37,046 nt of DNA from Acidocella sp. (GCA_028687415.1 JAQUAC010000001.1:1-37046), one strand, 5' to 3'; shown: positions 23,062-32,608, counted from the first letter of the stretch. A program made the numbers and translations. Notes: generated from the letters alone by a model not told the origin.

Positions 23062-25973
23062 TCGTTCACTGTCCATCGAAGGGTCAAAATCGGCGTAATG
23101 CTCGGGGTCGCCTGAAGCGAGTTGGCGATGGCGTCGAGCTTGGCGTCGATCTCGGCGCGAATGTCCTTCTTCCGTTTGAAGGTGGTCATCTTCAGCTCGT
23201 CGGCCTCTTCCTGCATGTTCTTTATCCGCCGCTGCTCGCGCACCTTGTCGGCCAAGCTGATGGCGGTGTTGCTGCGCAAGGCTTTCTTGGCGGCCTTGAT
23301 CTCGGTCTCCAGCTCTTTCACCCGCAGTTCGGCGGCCTGCTCCAGATCGTCGGCGTAGGCGTCCAGCTTCTCGGTCTCCTCATCAAGCCAGAGGCGACTT
23401 TCGTCCTCGATCTGAGCAAGGGCAGCCTGCCGGGCCGTGGCCTCGAAGCCGGCCATTCGATCTGCCGGCAGCGACTCGGCCGTTTGTGAGGCCACGGCCG
23501 GAACCAGGAACAGGTCATCGACTGTGGCCTGGTCGATCTCATCCGCTGCATCGTCGCAGAAGCCCGCGACAATTAACCGGTCGCGTTGGCCGATTTCTGG
23601 ATCAACGGACTTCATCGAGAGAAGGCTGACCGTCAGCCATCCCGTGCGGTCGGCAAGTCGGCCGACATTAGACAACCTGGGCCAACCCGCCGCACGATAG
23701 GCGGCATAATCGAAGGCCAGCATCGCGGTTGGGGCGCTGCGCTCCCGCGCGCGATTAACGATCTCCTCGGCCAGCGTGCCCTCGGCCAAGCGGAAAAACT
23801 GCCATCCCTTTTCATCGGCAAGGGGCCATTCCGTGGTCCAGGTCTTGCCGTCGAAGTCGAAACGCGGGCCGTTCGCCGCGTGAAACTGCGCGCCCGGCAG
23901 CTCGGCCTTGGCTACCGCCAAAAGCCGCTGCTCAAAAGCATCAAGGGTGATCTGGATGTCGTCACCGCGTTGGCGGAGCCGGGCCACCACGTCGCGGTCG
24001 AGCGCGTCGAAAACCTTTCGCCGGGCCTCCTGCATATCGGTCGTGATGCGGTCCTGAAGCTCCTCCTCGATGCGGCGAAACTCGGCCTCGACCTCGGCCT
24101 CGGTGCGGCCCCGCTGCACCGCTTCGACCACCTTGCGCTCGAAGTCGATCCCGCTTTCGATGGCTCCCAGCACGCCGTCGCTGGCCCCAAACACCCCCGA
24201 AAACAGCTTAAATTTGCTGTCCAGAAGCTCATAAACTCGCTGCTCGGCCTTGTTCCGACGATTCAGCATGTTCACGACGGTTACGTCGATCTTCTGGCCG
24301 TAGCGATGGCAACGACCGATCCGCTGCTCAACGCGCTGCGGATTCCAGGGAAGATCGAAATTCAACACGATGGAACAGAACTGAAGATTGATGCCTTCCG
24401 CCCCGGATTCCGTGGCAATCAGGATCGATTTATCCGCACCCCGGAACGCCTCAACAATCGCGGCCTTCATGTCGGAAGATCGCGACCCTGAAATCGCATC
24501 TGTCCCTTTATGCTGCTCGTTCCAGGCTTTATAGAGCGCCTGGCTGCCGGGGTCGCTGTTGGAGCCGTTCAACAACACAACCTGGCTGCCGTAGCCGTTC
24601 TCGGCCAACAAGGCCGCAAGGTAATTCTGGGTACGGACGGACTCGGTGAAGATCACCACCTTGCGCTGGCCGTTACGCCGGACAACCTCGTCCAGCACCT
24701 CCGGCAACCGTGCGACCAGCTTCTCGCCCTTGGCGTTCGGGCCGATCTCCCGCGCAAGGGCGATGTAGGACTCCAGCTCGGCAATCTCGGCCTTCAGCTT
24801 GGCGGGGTCGATCTCCGGGGCCTTGGTCTCTTCGTCGTCCGCCCCGGTGTCGCCGGCCGCGTCGGCGGACTCCCCGTCAAGCGTGGCTGTCTCGGCCAGC
24901 TCCTCCGCCAGCTCCTCGGTGTCGCCAACATCGGCAACCGTCGAAACATCGGCAACCTGGTGGCGGCGCAAGCGGTCCAGCACGGTTTGCAAAAAGCCCA
25001 AGATAGCCGCGACAGAAGAGCCGAGAATCTTGCGGGCCTGAATGATGACAAGCTGATTGGGTCGCAGCCCAAAGGCTATGGAATCGGGCCGTTGCAGATA
25101 GGCGGAAACCTTCTCGTAAAGCTCGGTTTCCCGGTCGGACGGCTCAAAGTCAAAGGTCGTCGCCATGCGCCGGGTGAAGGAAACATGGCCGGCTTCCTGC
25201 ACGTCGCGGCGAAGATGGCGCTTGTAGATCGGGGCCATGCGACGGCGAAGGGCCGTCAGGGCCAAGGCGTTGGTCTGCCGACTCTCATACATCGTCTTGA
25301 AGCTGCGCTCGTCACCGAAAAACTGCTGATCAATGATCGAAACCAACCCATAAAGCTCCATCAGGGAGTTTTGGAGCGGCGTAGCCGTGAGAAGGATTTT
25401 GAAGCGATCTTTGACCGCATCGCGCAGGGCCTTGGCCCGCGCGGAACCAGCCTTTTTGTAGACGTTCCGCAAGCGGTGCGCTTCGTCGAAAACAACCAAA
25501 TCCCAATGAACCCGCTGCACGTCATCGGCGCGGCGGGCGGCGAATTCATAGGATGTCAGAATGATTTCCTGGGCAGCGTCAAACGGGCGGGGCTGGCCGG
25601 ATTTCTGGGCCTCGGCCCAGGTCCGGGCCTCCATAATCCTGCTGGGGAGAGAGAATTTCTCCCTTAGCTCTTGCTGCCACTGCTTGCGAAGCGATGCCGG
25701 AACGACAAGCAATATCCGGCGGCGGCGCTCCGCCCAGCACTGAGCAATGACCAGGCTGGCCTCAATCGTCTTCCCCAGCCCCACCTCGTCAGCGAGGATG
25801 ACCCCTCTGGACAAAGGGGAGTGCAGCGCAAAGAGCGCGGCATCGACCTGATGCGGCTTGGTTTCAACCCGTGCGGTTGAAAGGTTTTTGGCAAAAGCAT
25901 CTTCGCCGCGCCCTTCAAGCGTGATGCGATGCGCCAGATAGGTGCCGTGATGAGGAGTGTACCCGGCGATCAT
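23058..25973 (-). CDS. SNF2-family helicase/ATPase
   Basis: LADEVGLGKT, DEAH, LTATPLQN, EGINLQ, DLPWNPQRVEQRIGRCHRYGQ, and a C-terminal coiled coil. ATG at 25973 overlaps the vapC stop. Confidence 0.92.
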   Translation of the reverse strand: MIAGYTPHHGTYLAHRITLEGRGEDAFAKNLSTARVETKPHQVDAALFALHSPLSRGVILADEVGLGKTIEASLVIAQCWAERRRRILLVVPASLRKQWQQELREKFSLPSRIMEARTWAEAQKSGQPRPFDAAQEIILTSYEFAARRADDVQRVHWDLVVFDEAHRLRNVYKKAGSARAKALRDAVKDRFKILLTATPLQNSLMELYGLVSIIDQQFFGDERSFKTMYESRQTNALALTALRRRMAPIYKRHLRRDVQEAGHVSFTRRMATTFDFEPSDRETELYEKVSAYLQRPDSIAFGLRPNQLVIIQARKILGSSVAAILGFLQTVLDRLRRHQVADVSTVADVGDTEELAEELAETATLDGESADAAGDTGADDEETKAPEIDPAKLKAEIAELESYIALAREIGPNAKGEKLVARLPEVLDEVVRRNGQRKVVIFTESVRTQNYLAALLAENGYGSQVVLLNGSNSDPGSQALYKAWNEQHKGTDAISGSRSSDMKAAIVEAFRGADKSILIATESGAEGINLQFCSIVLNFDLPWNPQRVEQRIGRCHRYGQKIDVTVVNMLNRRNKAEQRVYELLDSKFKLFSGVFGASDGVLGAIESGIDFERKVVEAVQRGRTEAEVEAEFRRIEEELQDRITTDMQEARRKVFDALDRDVVARLRQRGDDIQITLDAFEQRLLAVAKAELPGAQFHAANGPRFDFDGKTWTTEWPLADEKGWQFFRLAEGTLAEEIVNRARERSAPTAMLAFDYAAYRAAGWPRLSNVGRLADRTGWLTVSLLSMKSVDPEIGQRDRLIVAGFCDDAADEIDQATVDDLFLVPAVASQTAESLPADRMAGFEATARQAALAQIEDESRLWLDEETEKLDAYADDLEQAAELRVKELETEIKAAKKALRSNTAISLADKVREQRRIKNMQEEADELKMTTFKRKKDIRAEIDAKLDAIANSLQATPSITPILTLRWTVNE

Positions 25974-26395
25974 GAAGCCGAACTCCAAGGGTTGATTATC
26001 TCAACCCCGCACCCCTCAAAGTCCGGCACGTTGCGTGTGGCAAGCGCCGCGCCGCGCGACCGCGCGATTGCGGCAATCTGGGCATCTGCCTGTGAAATCG
26101 GCCGGCCGGCCTGGCGGCGCTCGGCCGCGATCTCGGCGAAGGCGACGGCTGCCGGGCTATCGAAGGGCAGGATGCGACCGCTGAAGTCCTCCCCCAGCAT
26201 GTTCTCGATCTCGACGGCAAGGGCCGATCGCCGCTTACCGGGCGGCATGAGGGCAAGGCCATAGCGCAGTTCGGCCTCGGTGATGGCGGAGATAAACACG
26301 CTGGCAGCCGGTTGGTCGGCAAGCCACTGCTCAACCGCCACCTCGGGAGCCGCGCGCATCAGCTCTGACAGGATGTTCGTATCGAGAAGGATCAT
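25970..26395 (-). CDS. vapC: VapC/FitB PIN-domain toxin
   Basis: MILLDTNILSE, AEL, DAQIAA, LATRNVPDF. Confidence 0.95.
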   Translation of the reverse strand: MILLDTNILSELMRAAPEVAVEQWLADQPAASVFISAITEAELRYGLALMPPGKRRSALAVEIENMLGEDFSGRILPFDSPAAVAFAEIAAERRQAGRPISQADAQIAAIARSRGAALATRNVPDFEGCGVEIINPWSSAS

Positions 26396-26640
26396 TCGTC
26401 GAAGGACGGCGGCGCGCGCATCGGCTCGCGGGGAACCGTAGGCAGTTCCACCCCGCCAAGCGGCGCGAAGCGGGCACGAATAGCGGTCGCCAGATTACCC
26501 TGCCGCGTCGGCTCGCGGCTGAGCGCGGAACGGAGAATATCCCGCGCCTCGTCCTCCATCGAACGGCCATGGATCGCCGCCTGGATGCGGAGCCGCGCCT
26601 TCAGGGGATCGTCGAGATTTCGAATCGTGATGCTTGCCAT
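26392..26640 (-). CDS. vapB: FitA/VapB-type ribbon-helix-helix antitoxin, 82 aa
   Basis: MASITIRNLDDPLKARLRIQAAIHGRSMEDEARDIL. ATGA overlap with vapC. Likely start is 26640. Confidence 0.9.
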   Translation of the reverse strand: MASITIRNLDDPLKARLRIQAAIHGRSMEDEARDILRSALSREPTRQGNLATAIRARFAPLGGVELPTVPREPMRAPPSFDE

Positions 26641-26648
26641 AGCCGCCT

Positions 26649-26694
26649 CGCAATCATTGCTGACATTATAAGCATTGATTGCGGGCGTTTCCAA
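26649..26694 (-). promoter_or_regulatory. vapBC promoter/operator
   Basis: 13-bp inverted repeat with one mismatch (cgcaatcattgct...agcattgattgcg) flanking a minus-strand TATAAT at 26665-26670. TTGGAA lies 18 nt upstream. Confidence 0.65.
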
Positions 26695-26696
26695 CC

Positions 26697-27374
26697 CTAC
26701 TGCGCCGGCACGGTGATCGTGCAGCGCTGTTCCTTCTTCGCCTTGGCCGCCGCCTCCCGGCACGCCGCCAGCGCCTCCTGATTGACGCGCACCAGGTTGG
26801 AGGCGTCCGCCAAGCCGCGCCATCCGTCCGGGCTACCGGCCTGCATCAAGGCGATGCCGGCATTCCAGCGATTGGCGTTCATGATGACAGCCGCCACGGC
26901 GCTATCCCCGCCGAAAGGCAGCGCACCAGCCACGAACGGCGACACCAGCAACCCGACGACCAAGGCCCCCGACGCGGCATACAGCAGCCAGTTGCGCTGC
27001 GCGTCCTGCTTCCGCACCGTGCCGATCAGGCCGGCGAGTTGGTGCCGCTCGCGCTCTGCGTCCTGAGCGGCCCGGTCGAGCTTCTGCGCCGCCTCGCGCA
27101 TCAGCACATTGCCAGCCTGGGCGACGGCCTGCTGATGCTGCTCGGGCGTCAGCCGGAGCGCCGGATGCTTCTCGATGCCGGCAAGCCGGCTCTCCACGGT
27201 CGCCATCCCCTGCGCGATCGTGCCAAGCGATGGCGTGTAATCCGGCGGTCGGCTTTCCTCCCAAGCGGCCGGCAGTGCCTCCACGGCCCGCCGCAGCTCC
27301 GACACCTCGGCGCGCAAATCCTCGAAAGCCTGCGCCGGGTCGGCCGCCCCGTGATGATCTGCCTCGTCCTCCAT
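26697..27374 (-). CDS. traA-associated membrane-anchored protein (DUF6118-like)
   Basis: Immediately downstream of traA. DPAQAFEDLRAEVSELRRAVE...PDYTPSLG, a TM segment, and C-terminal C...RCTITV. Confidence 0.7.
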   Translation of the reverse strand: MEDEADHHGAADPAQAFEDLRAEVSELRRAVEALPAAWEESRPPDYTPSLGTIAQGMATVESRLAGIEKHPALRLTPEQHQQAVAQAGNVLMREAAQKLDRAAQDAERERHQLAGLIGTVRKQDAQRNWLLYAASGALVVGLLVSPFVAGALPFGGDSAVAAVIMNANRWNAGIALMQAGSPDGWRGLADASNLVRVNQEALAACREAAAKAKKEQRCTITVPAQ

Positions 27375-27392
27375 AAATCCTCCGTCTCTGCC

Positions 27393-30300
27393 CTACATCG
27401 ACATCCCAAGCCCACGATCGCGCCGGATGCCGTGACTGATGGCCCGCTCGATATTCGGCTCCCGCACCACCCGGTCGAGCCGCGAACCCGCCTCGATGCC
27501 GAGTTCCTTGGAGCGCGAGCGCATCAAGGATTCGAGCTGCGGATCGCGTTTCAACTCGCCGGCCACCGCCTTCATGCGCTCCTCGACCTTGCCGCGCGCC
27601 TCGGCCTGGTCCCAGCCACTCAGGCGCTCCTGCTGCGCCTCCAACCCGTTCCACACCTTGACTAGGCGCTCGGCTTTCAGGTTCGGGTCCTGCCGCACCC
27701 GGTCCTCGTGCTGAATGCCGGCGACGAGCTGCGCGGCACGCTCCCGCCCCTGCATCCCGGTCATCGCCTGGTGGGTGGCCGGCTCATGCTCCATGGCGGT
27801 CAGCAGATCCCGCGTTGCACCTGGCCGGGCCGCGTCCAGCGCCCCGCCGGCATCGCGTAGCGCAAGCTTCTGGTGCTCAAGGACGGGGAGGTTCTGCTCC
27901 CGCATCCGCGCTGCATCGGTCCAGGCGCGGGCATAGCGGTCCACCGCCCGGTTCAGCCCGTCCGGGGCATCAAGCTGCGCCGGCTCCGGCGCACGCTCCC
28001 GCGTCGGGCGATCCCGCGCCGAACGCTCGGCCTCCGGCCGGCTGCGGCTGAGGTTCAACCCGTCGAACATGCCGCGATCCCGCGCCGGGCGCTTCTGCGC
28101 CGGCGGCTCGGCCTGCCGATCGGCGGCACGGTCCCGCGTCGGGCGGTCCTGCGTCGGGCGCTCGCGCATCGCCTGCGGCACGATGATTTCGCTCTCCATG
28201 CCCCGCCGCTGGGCATAGGCGGTCCGGTCGTAGTCCAGCGTCGTTTCCTTGGCCTGCGACCGCGACAGCCGTGCCGACAGTACGCCTTCGGCGCGGAATT
28301 CCTCGCGGCTGGCATAGAGCTGTGCCTCGTCCCGGTGCCGCGTCATGGCAACATAGGTCAGATGCCGGTCCATCGTGCCCGAGGCCAGCACATAGGCCCG
28401 GTCCACCGTCGCCCCCTGCGCCTTGTGGATGGTGGTGGCATAGCCGTGATCCACCGCCGCGTAATCGGCCATCGAGACCGACACCGCCCTCCCCTGCCCC
28501 GGACCCTTGGCGGAATCCAGCCGCACCACAAGCCGGCCGTCATCGGCCAAACCCGTAGCAGCCAAACCGGCAGCCTCGGCCCGGCCGGCCGCCTCGGCCC
28601 GCTCCACCGTCCCAAGCATGCCGTTCTTCACGCCGAGGTCGCGGTTGTTCTCCCGGAACAGCAGCCGGTCGCCCGGCGCGAAGGCCCGCGCGCCCTCAGT
28701 GGTCTGGTAGGCGATCTCGCCGGCCAGTTCGCCGCGCTCCTGGCGGGCCGCGCGGATCGCCTCGTTGAGGTCCTGCACGTCGGCCCGGCGATGCGCCAGC
28801 ACCAGCCGCGAGCCGTCCGGCCGCGCCGCCATGTCGGCCATCACGTCGCGCACGATCGCCCCGCGTACCTGTTCCCCCGTGTCGTCCAGCCGGATCGCGC
28901 CACGCTCCGCATAGGCGGCCAGCCCCTCGGCCGTGCGATACCGGCCAAAATCCACCGACGCCGCCCGCTGCCAGTCCTCGCGCTGCCGGCGCACGCCCTC
29001 CAACTCGACAAACCCAACCCGCTCCGCCACGGATCGGAACGCCGCACCCGCGCCGATCGGCTGCAACTGCTCCGGATCGCCGACCAGCACGATTTTGGCC
29101 CCTGCCCGGTCCGCCTCGGTGATGAACCGGGAAAGCTGCTTCGAGCCGACCATGCCGGCCTCGTCGATCACGAACACGTCGCGCGGCCCGAGCTGGTCGA
29201 ACCCGCGTTCCCAGCCCCGTTCCCACGATGCCAGGGTGCGCGAGGCGATGCCGGACGACTCCTCCAGCCCCTCGGCCGCCTTGCCGGCCAGCGCGGCCCC
29301 GTGGACGTGGAAGCCCTGCGCTTCCCACGCCTCGCGCGCCGCCGCGAGCATAGTGCTCTTGCCCGCTCCGGCCAGCCCGACCACGGCGGCGATGCGCTCC
29401 GGTCCGGCGACATGCGCGACCGCCGCAAGCTGCTCGTCGGCAAGCTGGATGCCCGTCCGCTGCTGCGCCCCGATCGCCGCATTCACATGCCGGCCGGCGA
29501 CGCCGAAGCCGCGTTCCAAAACCATGCGGTCGGCGCTGATCGCCATGTCGCGTTCGATCGACACCATCTCGCGCGTCGAATAACGCGCCTGCTCGACAAC
29601 CCGCCCCTGTTCGTCGCGCTGCTCGGCCTGCAACTCCACCAGAACAGGCGACGCCATCACCTTCGCAAACGCCGCCTGGAACGCCTCCGCGCCATCGACG
29701 TAGCGGTGCAGCACCCGCGCCACGTCGTGCCGGTCGAACACGCTCTTTTCGGCCGTAATGAGCGTCAGAACCTGGTCCGGCTTCTCACGGATCAGCGCGG
29801 CGTTGCGCTTGGCTGCCTCCTCGTCCAGCCGAACCCGCGACACGTCCTTGCCGCGCCGCTCCATCTGCGTCGCATGCACCCCCATATGCACAGTCGGCTC
29901 GATCTCAAGCCCGCGCTCCTGGTGCGAGCGATGATCGACCCGGATGTCCAGCCCAGCCCGCGCCAGGTGTTCGTTGGTCCGTTGCTCCCACCCGATCCGG
30001 ATATCCCGCAGCTGCTCATGCGAAGTCGGCAGGCCAAGCGCCTGCAACTTCTTGTTCTCAAGCTCCAGGTCGGATTTCTCGCCAAGGCCATCCGGCCCTA
30101 CCTTCCGCGTCGTCATCATGATGTGGGCATGGTGATTGCGGATGTCGGTTTTGCCGTGCGGGCTATGGATCGCAAAATCCACCGCCACGCCATAGCGATC
30201 GGCAAGGCCCTGGGCGAACTCCCGCGTCAGCGCAAGCCGCTGTTCGCCGGCAAGCTCGTGCGGCAGGGAAACCTCGATTTCACGGGCAACGCGGGCGTCT

Positions 30301-30542
30301 TTGCGTTTCTCGGATGCCTCGGCGGCATTCCACAACGCCGAACGCTTCTTGGCCCATTCGGCATCCGCACCGGCCGGAAGCACGATCTCGGCATGCTCAA
30401 CGCCGGAGCGCCGCGAGAAATCATGCACCAGGCCATCGCGTTCGTTTTCCAGCCGTTCGGCGGCACGATAAGCCGCAGAGGCGACGGAGCTACGCCCGGA
30501 GGCTCGCGAGATAGGTTTCATGCTCAAATGGTAGAGCGCCAT
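27393..30542 (-). CDS. traA: Ti-type conjugative relaxase-helicase TraA (MOBQ)
   Basis: MALYHLSMKPISRASGRSSVASAAYRAAE, NHHAHIMMTTR, helicase GLAGAGKS, IDEAGM, GDPEQL, HGYATTIHKAQG, YVAMTRHR, and a positively charged C-terminal tail. Confidence 0.95.
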   Translation of the reverse strand: MALYHLSMKPISRASGRSSVASAAYRAAERLENERDGLVHDFSRRSGVEHAEIVLPAGADAEWAKKRSALWNAAEASEKRKDARVAREIEVSLPHELAGEQRLALTREFAQGLADRYGVAVDFAIHSPHGKTDIRNHHAHIMMTTRKVGPDGLGEKSDLELENKKLQALGLPTSHEQLRDIRIGWEQRTNEHLARAGLDIRVDHRSHQERGLEIEPTVHMGVHATQMERRGKDVSRVRLDEEAAKRNAALIREKPDQVLTLITAEKSVFDRHDVARVLHRYVDGAEAFQAAFAKVMASPVLVELQAEQRDEQGRVVEQARYSTREMVSIERDMAISADRMVLERGFGVAGRHVNAAIGAQQRTGIQLADEQLAAVAHVAGPERIAAVVGLAGAGKSTMLAAAREAWEAQGFHVHGAALAGKAAEGLEESSGIASRTLASWERGWERGFDQLGPRDVFVIDEAGMVGSKQLSRFITEADRAGAKIVLVGDPEQLQPIGAGAAFRSVAERVGFVELEGVRRQREDWQRAASVDFGRYRTAEGLAAYAERGAIRLDDTGEQVRGAIVRDVMADMAARPDGSRLVLAHRRADVQDLNEAIRAARQERGELAGEIAYQTTEGARAFAPGDRLLFRENNRDLGVKNGMLGTVERAEAAGRAEAAGLAATGLADDGRLVVRLDSAKGPGQGRAVSVSMADYAAVDHGYATTIHKAQGATVDRAYVLASGTMDRHLTYVAMTRHRDEAQLYASREEFRAEGVLSARLSRSQAKETTLDYDRTAYAQRRGMESEIIVPQAMRERPTQDRPTRDRAADRQAEPPAQKRPARDRGMFDGLNLSRSRPEAERSARDRPTRERAPEPAQLDAPDGLNRAVDRYARAWTDAARMREQNLPVLEHQKLALRDAGGALDAARPGATRDLLTAMEHEPATHQAMTGMQGRERAAQLVAGIQHEDRVRQDPNLKAERLVKVWNGLEAQQERLSGWDQAEARGKVEERMKAVAGELKRDPQLESLMRSRSKELGIEAGSRLDRVVREPNIERAISHGIRRDRGLGMSM

Positions 30543-30566
30543 ACCACTATCCTACTACCAAGCGCT

Positions 30567-30596
30567 GAGTTGCGAAGCAACTCGTAAGTGCGCCCT
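30567..30596 (+). other. oriT 2 (MOBQ/RSF1010-type nic site)
   Basis: GAGTTGC-GAA-GCAACTC inverted repeat immediately followed by GTAAGTGCGCCCT, 25 bp upstream of traA. Confidence 0.92.
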
Positions 30597-30710
30597 TTCA
30601 TAATCTTGCTGACGCTCGATTTGGCGCGGGAAGTCAGACAACCGGGAATTAGATACAGGAATAAGGTGGCAAAATATGGCGTTCTAACTCGGTCTCTGCG
30701 AGAATTGAGT

Positions 30711-30902
30711 ATGCAAACGATCTGCGCACGCTGCAACATGCCTATGCTCTGCGAGCCAGAAGGTGGATGCTGGTGTTCCACTCTACCGCATATCTGGCCG
30801 GTGCCGGGGGATGACGGCACCGAATGTCTCTGCCAGAATTGCCTTGAACAGCGGCAAGATCAGGCGTTGAAAGCGGCGGCTGATCTTAATCAAGAGGAAT
30901 GA
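30711..30902 (+). CDS. Cysteine-rich CWC-family small protein, 63 aa
   Basis: MQTICARCNMPMLCEPEGGCWCSTLP...CLCQNCL (CxxC, CWC, CLCxxC). Stop overlaps the next start. Confidence 0.75.
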   Translation: MQTICARCNMPMLCEPEGGCWCSTLPHIWPVPGDDGTECLCQNCLEQRQDQALKAAADLNQEE

Positions 30903-31240
30903 ACATGGCGAAGAAAACCATCGAGGAACGGCTGGCCCAGCTTGAAGCCCAGCGCCAGACCCTGAAAGCCAGGCTCAGCAAGCAGGAACGCGCCAAAGAT
31001 ACCCGCCGTAAAATCCTGCTCGGCGCGCTGCTGCTGCACCGTCTCGGCGAGGATAACCGTGCGTTCGACCATACCCTGAAAGAATGGCTGCAACGCGAAT
31101 TGCCCGGCTTTCTCACCCGCGCGGACGACAAAGCCCTGTTCGCCGATCTGCTGGCCGCATCGAACACAAAACCGCAAACTCCCGCGTCGGGGACATCTGA
31201 GACCGGCACGGTCGATCTTCTCACGCCACCAGCGGCGTAA
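30899..31240 (+). CDS. Mobilization accessory protein (MobC/MobS/TraD-like), copy 2
   Basis: DTRRKILLGALLL...LPGFLTRADDKALFADLLAA. Paralogue of 8318-8656. Confidence 0.82.
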   Translation: MNMAKKTIEERLAQLEAQRQTLKARLSKQERAKDTRRKILLGALLLHRLGEDNRAFDHTLKEWLQRELPGFLTRADDKALFADLLAASNTKPQTPASGTSETGTVDLLTPPAA

Positions 31241-31278
31241 AGGCTACGCCTTGCGGGCACGACCGCAAGGCGTAGCCT
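31241..31278. terminator. Perfect 16-bp stem hairpin after mobC-like gene 2
   Basis: aggctacgccttgcgg-gcacga-ccgcaaggcgtagcct. No U-tract, so the function is uncertain. Confidence 0.5.
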
Positions 31279-31551
31279 GGTTGCCCGCAACCGCGTCGAA
31301 AGCCCGAGGCGATAAAGCCACCTTCTTTCCTCAAAACCATCTTTGCGGTGCGGCCACTACCCGTGGCCTTGTGCGCCAGAGCGAGCGCGGAGCGGGAGCC
31401 GCGTAGCGCGGCCCGAAGGGCCGTCTGGCGTTGTCCATGACAGTGACAACTAAAACCAGGACACAGTTTCCCAAGTGTGATTTGGCCGTTGGCCTATCCA
31501 CCCGTGCGGCCCTGTTGGGCCGCCACTCTAAAACATAAATCGCGTAGCGAT

Positions 31552-32214
31552 TTACCGCGCCATTCTGCCTTCCTTACCGGTCATCGCGGTTTTGAGCTGC
31601 AACAGGGCACGCTCCAGACCGTCTTTCGGTTCTACCCCTGGATAAGAAAGAGATAAAAAATCTTGATTCAGGGTTCCAGGAGGGTTTTCCGACTCAGCAG
31701 GTAAACCAAGGGAAACGCCACCAACCGCCTGCCCTCCCCGGCTCCGCTCCAATCCCTGAGCGCACGGCAAAGGGTCGCGGAACACATAGGCGTTGCTGGT
31801 GCGCACCAGCCGCGAGCGCAGCGTCAGCTTGCCGAACAAATCCAGCTCGCGAAACTGCACCCGGGTCAGCCGGTTCACCCAGGTCAGTACCTCGGCCGCC
31901 TCTAGCGCCTTGATCGCCTCGTACACCGTGTCCCGGCAGCACTGCGCCCGCTTGGCGATGCTCTCATAACTTGGGAAGCACCGCCCATCCCGGCTGTTGT
32001 GGAAGCCCCACAGCAACGCCTCCAGCACCTCCAGCGTGGCCCGCGTCAGTGGGCCGCGATGTTGCCCCGGTCGCCTGTGCCGCGCCGACCAGGCCCGCGC
32101 ATAAACCATGATCCGCGCCTTGGCGTTGCCATCCAGCGGCAGACACCGCCCCTGGCCGAAAACCTTCTCCCGCCGCCGGCTGAAACGCTCGGGCAATACA
32201 GCGATCGCACTCAT
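31552..32214 (-). CDS. Winged-HTH protein, putative plasmid replication initiator 2
   Basis: GRCFPSYESIAKRAQCCRDTVYEAIKALEAAEVLTW...SNAY. ATG at 32214 with GGAG RBS. Divergent from parA 2. Confidence 0.7.
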   Translation of the reverse strand: MSAIAVLPERFSRRREKVFGQGRCLPLDGNAKARIMVYARAWSARHRRPGQHRGPLTRATLEVLEALLWGFHNSRDGRCFPSYESIAKRAQCCRDTVYEAIKALEAAEVLTWVNRLTRVQFRELDLFGKLTLRSRLVRTSNAYVFRDPLPCAQGLERSRGGQAVGGVSLGLPAESENPPGTLNQDFLSLSYPGVEPKDGLERALLQLKTAMTGKEGRMAR

Positions 32215-32294
32215 CAAAATCTCCGTCAGGTTGCCAAGCAACCCGCCAGATGCGGCCGGAAATCGGCACAAGTCCGCCCATGGCAAGAATTCAC

Positions 32295-32391
32295 TTGCAA
32301 AAGACGGAAAGGTGGGAGAAAACATGTTTACCAGACATTTGTTTCTCCGGCCTTTGCCGGTATGCACGGCCCGCCCCTCGGCGGGTTTTGC
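32295..32391 (+). ncRNA. Putative antisense ctRNA unit upstream of rep 2
   Basis: TTGCAA-17 nt-GAAAAC, ccggc-cttt-gccgg hairpin, terminator gcccgcc-cctc-ggcgggt-ttt (32369-32389). Same layout as 13682-13785. Confidence 0.55.
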
Positions 32392-32547
32392 TATTTCTGG
32401 GCTATAATCTCCAGGCCAGAAGGTTGAAATTCACGGGACGCGAATCGCCTCGCGTCCTTAGCCTGCACATATCAGCAACGCATTGCAAACGCTTGATTCT
32501 ATCTGTTATATGGCCAAACAATCATTGACGCATCGAGGTTTGTTTAG

Positions 32548-32608
32548 TTCCATGTAATATTGCAAGCATGATTGCAGTATTACATGGAAGACTTGATGTA
32601 TTGATGTA
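32548..32608. promoter_or_regulatory. Putative centromere/operator of par module 2
   Basis: 42-bp imperfect palindrome ttccatgtaatattgcaagcatgattgcagtattacatggaa (2 mismatched pairs), then ttgatgta twice, upstream of parA 2. Confidence 0.65.

Noticed and set aside
27990-28180. RxRPxRDR repeats in the TraA linker as a separate element
   Set aside because: This is a low-complexity linker between the helicase and C-terminal domains, with no sign of an independent function.
27873-30587. 904-aa plus-strand ORF and other long antisense ORFs (e.g. 24510-25667, 20698-21759, 14777-15736)
   Set aside because: They are shadows of well-supported genes on the opposite strand in GC-rich DNA and have no motifs of their own.
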